A stretch of 34,925 nucleotides of DNA, taken from positions 1 to 34,925 of the forward strand of contig JACPQU010000036.1 in the NCBI GenBank assembly GCA_016190305.1, read 5' to 3'. The notes below the pieces were generated by a model. The model ran no database searches. It had not been told where the DNA came from and worked only from the letters and a program-made list of their open reading frames with translations. Source of the DNA: Bacillota bacterium. GTDB lineage: Bacteria; Bacillota; JACPQU01. Of the stretch, positions 23,797 to 31,700 are shown piece after piece. Both the position numbers and the translations under genes were made by a program. Positions within the stretch are counted from its first letter, which is position 1. Every line of letters starts with the position of its first letter.

Positions 23797-25041
23797 TCAC
23801 GCATATCGAGCAATGAATCGGCGCCGCTGGATCAGGGCCGCTGCAACGAACCCAAGAAGGAACGTCCCCATCAGCAAGGCCAAGTCCTTCAGGCGCCTCG
23901 CCAAGGTGGGCTGCACCGGGGCGATTCCCAGCTCCACCTGGCCCTCAAAGGGTTCAAAGGAGGTCGGATCCTCAGGTTCAGCGGGCCGAACCGAGATCCC
24001 CGCCGTGAACTCCTCTCCCTCGGGAAAGTGATAAAGAAACGTGGTTTGGCCCTGAGGGGCCAGGAGGCTGAGCTTGAACATTTTCTCCACCTGGCCATGT
24101 TCTTCCATAACCATCTCGACCTCGAGGAGGGCGCCGGAAAGCGGTTGCCCGTCGTCCCCGAAGACCTCCAGGTTCACCATTGCCGGGGCATCCATCCTGG
24201 GATCCGCGGGGGAAGTTTGCAGCCGGATCCGGCCCCCGGCCGTCTCGTGAAGTCCCAGTCCGGCTGGGTGCGGCTCGCCGTGGGCATGGACCACACCGGA
24301 GACCCCGCCGGCCGCCGACAGGAGTAAACCCTGGAGCAGGAGCAGGGTAAGGGCACCCCGTACGGCTCCGGGATTTGGGCCCGCAGAACTTCCCCTTTTC
24401 CAGCCCAGGAATTCCGGGCCATAGAGCCAGCCGACCACCAAACCGAAAAGCAGCAAACCGCCGAGAAGGAGGCCGCTCCACAGGAACTTCTGGGGATCTT
24501 CCCTGACGGCCACCTTGAATTCGTCCTGGCCAATGGGGGCAACCCCGGCTTGGCCTGGTTGACCCTCATCCGGTCCGGAACCATATGCCCTCACGTACAA
24601 GCCGTAGGTTCCACGGATGGGGAAGCGGAAATCCTCCAGCACCCACCTGCCCGCGGACACGGCGGTTGTGACCGACAGGATCCTGGAGCCCTCCAGGTAC
24701 GGAAGATCGGTCCCGATGATCCGCCGGCGGCTCCCGAGATGCCTGATCTCGACCTCCAGGGAAGCGTCCGGAGCCGGCGCACCGGTCCCCGCCTCCATAA
24801 CTTCGAAGACGAGGTCCCTGGTCTCCCCCGCGATTATGGGCAGGGTGGAATCATCGCCCGAACTGAACTTGACAACGTACTCTCCAGGGGCCGCAGCCAC
24901 CTCGGCCGAGACCGGCCTCGCAGCGTGGGATCCGGGGAGGCTGGTCGGAACGGCTTGCAGGAACAGGGCCAGGAAGACACCGGCGGCGATCAAAACCAGC
25001 TTGGACTGGGCGAAGCGAAACCAGGAGCAAACTCGAAACAC
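23797..25041 (-). CDS. Unknown 4-TM membrane protein with two extracytoplasmic beta-rich domains and an HAHGEPH-x7-H motif
   Basis: It is the first ORF after the riboswitch terminator. AAGGGGGAG RBS lies 7 nt before GTG 25041; the track start at 25089 sits in the terminator U-tract. Hydrophobic helices begin at aa 31, 203, 244 and 403 (track numbering). Internal repeat: LVFEVMEAGTGAPAPDASLEVEIRH versus VNLEVFGDDGQPLSGALLEVEMVMEEH. The His cluster is at 24247-24288. Confidence 0.6.
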   Translation of the reverse strand: MFRVCSWFRFAQSKLVLIAAGVFLALFLQAVPTSLPGSHAARPVSAEVAAAPGEYVVKFSSGDDSTLPIIAGETRDLVFEVMEAGTGAPAPDASLEVEIRHLGSRRRIIGTDLPYLEGSRILSVTTAVSAGRWVLEDFRFPIRGTYGLYVRAYGSGPDEGQPGQAGVAPIGQDEFKVAVREDPQKFLWSGLLLGGLLLFGLVVGWLYGPEFLGWKRGSSAGPNPGAVRGALTLLLLQGLLLSAAGGVSGVVHAHGEPHPAGLGLHETAGGRIRLQTSPADPRMDAPAMVNLEVFGDDGQPLSGALLEVEMVMEEHGQVEKMFKLSLLAPQGQTTFLYHFPEGEEFTAGISVRPAEPEDPTSFEPFEGQVELGIAPVQPTLARRLKDLALLMGTFLLGFVAAALIQRRRFIARYA

Positions 25042-25086
25042 GGTCAAACTCCCCCTTTTTTCCCGGTACCAAGAAGTCCACCGCGT

Positions 25087-25121
25087 CACGAAGAAAGCCC
25101 CCGACCATTTCGGTCGGGGGC
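25087..25121 (-). terminator. Intrinsic terminator forming the expression platform of the cobalamin riboswitch
   Basis: The minus strand reads GCCCCCGACC-gaaat-GGTCGGGGGC, a perfect 10-bp stem (25097-25121), followed by TTTCTTCGT. Confidence 0.7.
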
Positions 25122-25159
25122 CTGGTGTACGCGTAAGGAGTACCGGACCCTTCCTTCGA

Positions 25160-25352
25160 AGGTCGCGCTGGTACGTATGGGCGGGTAGGTCTCCTGGCTC
25201 CCGGATCCTCGCCTGCCGCCACGCCTTCCCGTTTCCGATCCGGAAACAGTGGCTCTATGGTCTTACGGCAGACAGGCTCCCCGGTTACAGTGGCGGGACC
25301 GCGCCGGACTCTCACCGGCTTCCCTTATTCACCCTCGAGGGGCACCCGACCA
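25160..25352 (-). promoter_or_regulatory. Cobalamin (B12) riboswitch aptamer
   Basis: The minus strand reads GAATAAGGGAAGCCGGTGAGAGTCCGGCGCGGTCCCGCCACTGTAACCGG (core at 25287-25324). A B12-box-like GAGCCAGGAGACCTACCC lies at 25183-25200. Both match the conserved cobalamin riboswitch elements. Confidence 0.88.
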
Positions 25353-25537
25353 ACTAGTTTTTTCAGTGAAGCTTGTACTTTTGGGTCTATCAGGCTCCTT
25401 TGTGCAATCTTTCGTCCCAAACCCAATTCTACCTCCGGATCCAAAAAGGATCAAGGGATCGGGTAGTTACATAAAATCCCATCCGGCTTCCTGCGAGTCT
25501 TGCGAATCAAGGAGACAAGATTCGAGTTGAAAAATCG

Positions 25538-26023
25538 TCAAATTTTATCTATAGCCCGCCAGGCCTTGTAACCAAAAGCAGCGGCCGCCAGATCAAGCAT
25601 GCCGATAAAAGGCGTTCCCCTGATGATCACCAGAACCAAGAGGCCGATGGTCGCTGCAGCGAATGTACAGCCGATGACGACATTGCCTGCGTTGCCCTTG
25701 CTGCCGGATAGCAGCGTTTTATAGGCTCCGAAATGGAGTAAAGCAATCATCCCGCCGCTAAGTATGAGGCCCAAAATATCGCCCATCGTCAGGGCCAAAC
25801 CAAACAGAGCGGCCAGGGCGATTTGAAAGTGCAGCACTTGTTTGGCTGCAGTTTGCATATTCTCTGCTGGTTTTGATGCGGGAGATGCCGAAAGATTGAT
25901 TTGGGGATAAGGCCCCCCTAACTGGGACTGAGATGCCGACCCGTTCGTAACTCTCGTTCCGCAGGAAGAGCAGAAAGAATCGCCTTCCTCCACCTGGTTA
26001 CCGCATTTTCCGCAGTAAGCCAA
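25538..26023 (-). CDS. Zinc-ribbon domain membrane protein
   Basis: N-terminal CGKCGNQVEEGDSFCSSCG (CxxC-x11-CxxC), a Ser/Gln/Pro linker, then 3-4 hydrophobic helices. GGAGG lies 8 nt before TTG 26023. The track start GTG 26032 overlaps the RBS itself. Confidence 0.6.
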   Translation of the reverse strand: MAYCGKCGNQVEEGDSFCSSCGTRVTNGSASQSQLGGPYPQINLSASPASKPAENMQTAAKQVLHFQIALAALFGLALTMGDILGLILSGGMIALLHFGAYKTLLSGSKGNAGNVVIGCTFAAATIGLLVLVIIRGTPFIGMLDLAAAAFGYKAWRAIDKI

Positions 26024-26201
26024 ACCAATCACCTCCGTATATTTTCGGCAGTCGGTCTAGACATCCAGGGCAGGGCTTGACGTTTTCCCGCAATTTCCGC
26101 AATGGCGACACACTTAAAGATACGTTTTTTTCAAAAGGATCCCTTGCCGGATGGGTGTAAGTTCCAAAGATGATGACAAATTTCAAGGGGGGTCAACGAA
26201 C

Positions 26202-26588
26202 ATGGAGAGGATCAACCCGGAAGGAATCCATAAGCCTGGTACAGCCTACTCCCATATCGTCAAGGCAGGAAAGACCCTGTACATCGCGGGCCAGATCGCC
26301 CTCGACCCTGCGGGAAATATCGTCGGGGTGGGAAATGCTGCCGCCCAAGCGAGGCAGGTCTACGAGAATCTCAAAGCGTGCCTCGCCTCACAAGGCCTCG
26401 GAATGGACCGGGTGGTCAAGATCACCACCTATGTCACGTCGCGGGATTATCTTGACGCCGTCCGGGACCAGCGGAGTTCTTACTTCCCGCTGGGCTCCGC
26501 GCCGGCCAGCACCCTGCTGGTCGTCGCCGGCCTGGCCCGGCCGGAATTGCTCATCGAGATCGATGCCATTGCCGTTCTTCCCGGGTAA
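26202..26588 (+). CDS. ridA: RidA/YjgF/UK114-family reactive-intermediate deaminase
   Basis: YSHIVKAGKTLYIAGQIALDPAGNIVG...QARQVYENLKACL...VVKITTYV...PASTLLVVAGLARPELLIEIDAIA is a typical RidA pattern. AAGGGGGG RBS lies 9 nt before ATG 26202. Confidence 0.85.
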   Translation: MERINPEGIHKPGTAYSHIVKAGKTLYIAGQIALDPAGNIVGVGNAAAQARQVYENLKACLASQGLGMDRVVKITTYVTSRDYLDAVRDQRSSYFPLGSAPASTLLVVAGLARPELLIEIDAIAVLPG

Positions 26589-26684
26589 CCGTTCCGTTAT
26601 AACCTGAAGAGTTGTTGCCGTAACGATGAACATTCGTCAAGAAACGTTCATTTCATTACCGGCGTGGTCCAGAGCCCCAATGCT

Positions 26685-27326
26685 TCACGGACGATCCGGG
26701 CCTTCGCCTGCCCCGGCAACGTGTACCTTGCCTCGTATAGACTTACGCCCGCTCCGCACCAGGATGAGGATATCAACAATTCCCTTTTTATTCGTGGGAT
26801 CGTTAAGCCCCTCGGCAGCTTGAACGGCCATGACATCCACCCACCCGTGCTGGACGAAGCGGGAATAGATCCGGGTTTGCTCGCCGGTCGGTTCTTCGAT
26901 ATAAACCTGCCAGGGCTGCCCGTCATCCCAGATAAAGTCGTCCTGATTCAAACCTTTCAAATGGGGGTCTAACTTGCTTACCTCCGCGACCAGGTGCAGG
27001 GTTTCGATGACCCCATCCCTGTCCAGGTCCATCTCTGACGTCCGGTGATAGTCCCCTTTCAACGGGCGGTCGTGTCGAGGTTCCACAAGGTCCGCGGTCC
27101 AAGGATGATCCGGCAATTTCGGTTCATTCAATTGTATCGGCTCCTCCGGTTCCTTGGGTTCCTCCGGTTCCTTCAGTTCCTTTGGTTTTTCCCGGTTTTC
27201 AGGCAAGGTTTCCGGATTTTTAAGCACGGGTGAACCCGGTTCAATAGTGGTGACTAACCACCAGACTCCGATGATTGCGACCAAAAATCCGATTACAATC
27301 CCTATGGCTAAAACACGGCCGCTCAT
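26685..27326 (-). CDS. Hypothetical membrane-anchored protein with an acidic Lys/Glu/Pro repeat linker
   Basis: GGGGGA lies 7 nt before ATG 27326. It has an N-terminal TM helix (VLAIGIVIGFLVAIIGVWWLV), then KPKELKEPEEPKEPEEP, then a globular part containing DLDRDGVIE. No family recognised. Confidence 0.5.
   Translation of the reverse strand: MSGRVLAIGIVIGFLVAIIGVWWLVTTIEPGSPVLKNPETLPENREKPKELKEPEEPKEPEEPIQLNEPKLPDHPWTADLVEPRHDRPLKGDYHRTSEMDLDRDGVIETLHLVAEVSKLDPHLKGLNQDDFIWDDGQPWQVYIEEPTGEQTRIYSRFVQHGWVDVMAVQAAEGLNDPTNKKGIVDILILVRSGRKSIRGKVHVAGAGEGPDRP
27142..27195. repeat. Imperfect 18-bp tandem repeat (about 2.5-3 units) encoding the (E/K)PEEPK linker
   Basis: TCCTCCGGTTCCTT occurs at 27142-27155 and 27160-27173. 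A degenerate third unit lies at 27178-27195. Confidence 0.7.
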
Positions 27327-27629
27327 CCAAAATTCCCCCAGTTTACCCCATACCAAACAGAAAAGAGAAAGGTGCGATATTCGGCCTGCAGTATTGCCAC
27401 AGAAATTCTTCAGATGGAATTGTTGAAATGAATAGGCTGGTTTTAGGAGTTCGGGTAAAAAGACTTGTCGCCTACGGAAACTGCATGGTAAATTCAGGCA
27501 ACTCTAAACAGAGGAAGGCAACTGGCATTGAGATTCTTTACCGGTATTGCAGGACGGGTACAGCGAATGCAAATGGAAGACAGGCCATAGAGTTATCGAC
27601 AAGCAAGATATTCAGAGGGGGTCAAGAGA

Positions 27630-28208
27630 ATGGCCAGGACGTGGCAAGGCGCGATCATCCACCATTCGGCTTCTCCAGCCTCTACGACCACTATGGCCGA
27701 TATCGACCGCTGGCACCGGGAGCGCGGTTGGCGGGGGATCGGATACCACTGGGGGATCTACCCCACCGGCCAGGTGGAGCGCGGGCGCCCGGATGATCAA
27801 GACGGAGCCCATGCGGGGCAACCGTGGAACCGGACGCACCTGGGGATCGTGCTTATCGGAAACTTCGAACATCAGCCGCCGACCTCAGAACAGTACCAAG
27901 CCCTTCGGGATTTGTTGGACCGCCTTGAATTCGGCCGGGAAAAGGTCAAGCTCCACCGAGGCGTGTCGGCCACCTCCTGCCCTGGTAGACTCTTTGAGTT
28001 TGAACAAGTCTGGAGAGAGGCCGGCGTTCAGCCGGGACCCGCCAGGATTCGCGTCTTCGTCGCCGACCAGGAACTTAACACTCAGGCCGTAAGGGTCGAA
28101 GGCAAGATTTACCTGCCTATCCGAGACGTGGGCGAGGCCTTGGGCGCCCGGGTGCACTGGGAGCGCGTCGGCGGGGAGGAGATTGTCCGAATCGAGCCCG
28201 GGCTCTAA
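27630..28208 (+). CDS. N-acetylmuramoyl-L-alanine amidase (Amidase_2/PGRP fold) with a C-terminal copper-amine-oxidase-N-like stalk domain
   Basis: GAIIHHSAS...IDRWHRERGWRGIGYHW..GAHAG..WNRTHLGIVLIGNF...HRGVSATSCPG are Amidase_2 Zn-site motifs. The C-terminal VRVEGKIYLPIRDVGEALGARVHWE is typical of the Cu_amine_oxidN1 domain. AGAGGGGG RBS precedes the ATG. Confidence 0.8.
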   Translation: MARTWQGAIIHHSASPASTTTMADIDRWHRERGWRGIGYHWGIYPTGQVERGRPDDQDGAHAGQPWNRTHLGIVLIGNFEHQPPTSEQYQALRDLLDRLEFGREKVKLHRGVSATSCPGRLFEFEQVWREAGVQPGPARIRVFVADQELNTQAVRVEGKIYLPIRDVGEALGARVHWERVGGEEIVRIEPGL

Positions 28209-28754
28209 CCGGAGCGGGTTGCTCCCAGAATGGTTAGTCTTGTCCCGAGTTCACACACCATTCACACACCAAACACCTGTTTGGATTTGGATGGCAGGTT
28301 ATGTACTTGTACAGGTGGTAAAAGATCCGCTGCTCTCGCGAGACCCCTCTTAGTCCTTGCTGCGTCTGGGTCGTGGCTCATGGATAATATCCCAAGTTGG
28401 TTGAGTTTGGCCTAATCTTGGCAGGTTGCACGATTAGGGACAAGGAGCGCATTGCAGTGCCGGAAATGGATAGGACATTGGAAAGCATTTTTAGACTTCA
28501 CCACCCAATCTTGGAGACTGAATTGGGAGGGGAGTCCGGGGTGGGAGAAGAACTCTGCGGCATAACGGGTCGATCATCAGCCTTTGAGCCGATCCGGCAG
28601 GCCATATCGTCCGGGGCCTGAAGTTCCGTCACACCGGCTGGGTATTGAATCGCCCCCGGCCTTTATGGGGGAGCCAAAGGGCAACGGGTCACCTAGTCTT
28701 CGTCTTAGGTATAGCGTAGTACGACATCTACATGACTGTATGCGGAGGTCAGTC

Positions 28755-31700
28755 ATGGTAACCCAAAAAGGATCATCTGACGATCAAACAAACTGGAAAT
28801 CACCGCAGAATTCTAAGGAACTGGAGAACGAGTTTGAAGAGGCTGCTCTCTTTCCGGTGGTCGGCATCGGCGCTTCCGCGGGCGGCCTGGGTGCTGTCAA
28901 GAAACTACTGGAGCACTTACCCTCCGACACCGGGCTGGCGTTCCTGTTCGTTCAACACCTCGACCCACAACAGCCCAGCTATCTGGCCAGCATCCTAGCC
29001 AAGGTCACGCCAATGCCGGTCATCGAAGCCTCCACCGGTCTGGCGGTGCGCCCTAATCACCTCTATGTGATCCCGCCCGGCAGCAACTTGACTCTCGCAC
29101 AGGGCATCCTGTACGTGACACCGCGCGGCGTTGGACCCGGCCCATACTATACAATCGATCACCTGTTCCAAACTCTGGCTATAGATCAATCGGCGTTGGC
29201 GATTGGGGTTGTGCTCTCCGGTGGGGGTTTTGATGGCACTGTTGGGCTACGTGCGATCAAGGAGGCAGGGGGGATCACCTTTGCGCAGGACGAGATGTCC
29301 GCCGAGCACCCCGACATGCCGCGCAACGCCATCGATAACGGTTACGTGGATTACGTCCTGGCACCCGAGGCGATCGCGCAGCGCCTGGCGGAGATCAGAA
29401 CCCACCTTCACCTGATGTCCGAATCCCGAGTCGAGGTCTCCGAGGCGGACGACCAGGTATTCAGGGCGATCCTCAGGATGGTGCGTTCGTTCGCCGGCGT
29501 CGATTTCAGTCTTTATCGGGATACCACCATCCGACGGAGGATCATGCGCCGTATGGCTATCCGTTCGAGACGCTCGCTATCTGACTATTACCAGTTGCTC
29601 AAGGCGGAGCGGACGGAAGTCGAGGCGCTGTACCACGACTCGCTGATCAACGTGACCTCCTTCTTTCGCGAGCCCGATATGGGCGATGCTCTCAAGACTA
29701 TTGTCTTCCCCAGACTGGTAGAAGGTAAATCCTCCTCGATGCCCTTGCGCATCTGGGTTCCGGGGTGTTCCACCGGCCAAGAGCCCTACTCACTGGCCAT
29801 AGCTCTTTTGGAGTTTTACGATGATAGGCACGGACGGCCACCAGTTCTGATCTTCGCCACCGACGTCAATGAGAGCGTACTGCAGAAGGCCCGTGCCGGC
29901 GTCTATCCCGAGAGCATCGAGGCTGAGGTGTCTCCGGGTCGGTTGCGCCGATTTTTTCATAAAGAGGATCACTTATATCGAATCGACCAGTCGGTCCGTG
30001 ACCTATGTATTTTCGGGCGGCAGAACATAACGGCTGATCCGCCCTTCTCCCATCTCGATCTGATCAGTTGTCGCAATTTGTTTATTTACCTCGCGACTCC
30101 GGTGCAGAAGCGGGTCGTACCCTTGTTTCATTACGCCCTGAATGTCCCGGGCTTTCTTGTGCTCGGGTCAGCCGAGTCGGTAGGTGAGCACACAGATTTG
30201 TTTGAGGTGATAGATCGAAAGTACAAGATCTATGCCAAGAAGACTACAGGGGCCTCGCGAATTTTGGACCTCGCTGTCGGCGATAAGCAATCCGGGTTAG
30301 CCATAGCCACCCGGTGGCCAGACTCGACCGGGTCCAGCCCACCGGGTTTCCAAAGAGAGGCCGACCGCATTCTGCTGCGCCGCTTCACCCCACCGGGCGT
30401 GCTTGTCAACGAAAATCTTGACATTGTGCGGTTTCATGGACAAACCAGCCCATACCTCGGGCCTCCACCCGGTGAGCCGACGATGAACCTGCTCAAGATG
30501 GTTCGCACAGACTTGTTCACGGCGCTTCGCAGAGCCCTTGCCGAGTCCAAGGAACATAAGCGGCCCGCCCGCCACGACGGCATACGCCTGCGTGCCAACG
30601 GAGGGAAGCGCGTAATCAGCGTGGAGACCATACCCATCACATCCGCAGGAGCAGAGGTGGCGGACCGGTGCTTTCTGGTCCTGTTCCATGAAGTCGAGTC
30701 GAGCCACCCTGGGTCTCTTCCCCCCGACCAGGACGCAAGAGCCCAAGCCGCAGCTGCCGTGGAAGAAAGCGTCAAGAAAGAGGGCGAGCATCCAGCCTTC
30801 GAGGAAGGGTCCGAGGTGGCCGTCCTACGGCAAGAGCTTGCGACTGCTAAAGAGTATTTGCAGGCGATGATGGAACAGCAGGACGCGGTCAATGAGGAGT
30901 TGCGTTCGGCTAACGAGGAGATCCTCTCGAGCAACGAAGAACTCCAGAGCACCAACGAGGAGCTGGAAACTTCCAAAGAAGAACTGCAGTCTACCAACGA
31001 AGAGCTAATAACGGTGAATGAACGACTCCAGTATATTAACGGGGAGTTGGACAAGACCAACAATGATTTGATCAACCTCTTGGCGAGCACCCAGATCCCG
31101 GTCATCATGATCGGGCGCGACCTGCGTATCCGACGGTTCACGGAATCAGCCAAGGAAACCTTTAACCTGGTGTCCAAGGATGTCGGCCGGTCTATCCGCT
31201 ACTTAAATGAAGCGGTGCCAATGACCGATTTCGAGGAGTTGGTGAGCAAGGTTGTCGCCGAGGTGCAGCCTTTGGAGCAAGAGGTCCGGGCTAGAAACGA
31301 TCATTGGTATGTCCTGCGCATCTACCCCTATTTGACCACGGATCACAAGATCGACGGGGCTGTCGTCGTACTCCTGGATATCGACGCCCTAAAGCGAACC
31401 GAGAATGAACTACGAGCTGCTGAGGAGCGCCTGCGCTCTGTTATGGACAAGGTTGTGAACGGGATCATCACCACGGACAAAGGCGGGCACATTCAGTCGT
31501 TCAACCCTGCTGCGGAAAGACTCTTCGGTTACAGTCGCTCCGAAGCCATCGGTCAGAACGCCAAGGTTCTTCTGTACGAATTCGACCAGAGTGAGGATGA
31601 GGGTGTCCGCAGCAATAACGGAGAAAACTGGCAGACGACGATCCTTGGTGGCTGGCATGAGGTCACCGGCAAGCGCAAAGACGGGTCCACCTTTCCAATG

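Noticed and set aside
23797-25041. Calling the 415-aa protein CbtA
   Set aside because: CbtA as I know it is about 240 aa with five TM helices and a His-rich first loop. This protein has four TM helices and two large ectodomains. It is therefore reported as unknown rather than cbtA.
25042-25089. Longest-ORF start (GTG 25089) for the first gene after the riboswitch
   Set aside because: It falls inside the terminator U-tract and has no RBS. GTG 25041 has an AAGGGGGAG RBS at a 7-nt spacing.
28230-28621. Small plus-strand ORFs of 61 aa and 74 aa, and the upstream start at 28584 for the kinase
   Set aside because: They have no RBS and no recognisable domains. The kinase has a clean GGAGG-6 nt-ATG start at 28755, just upstream of where CheB-domain homology begins.
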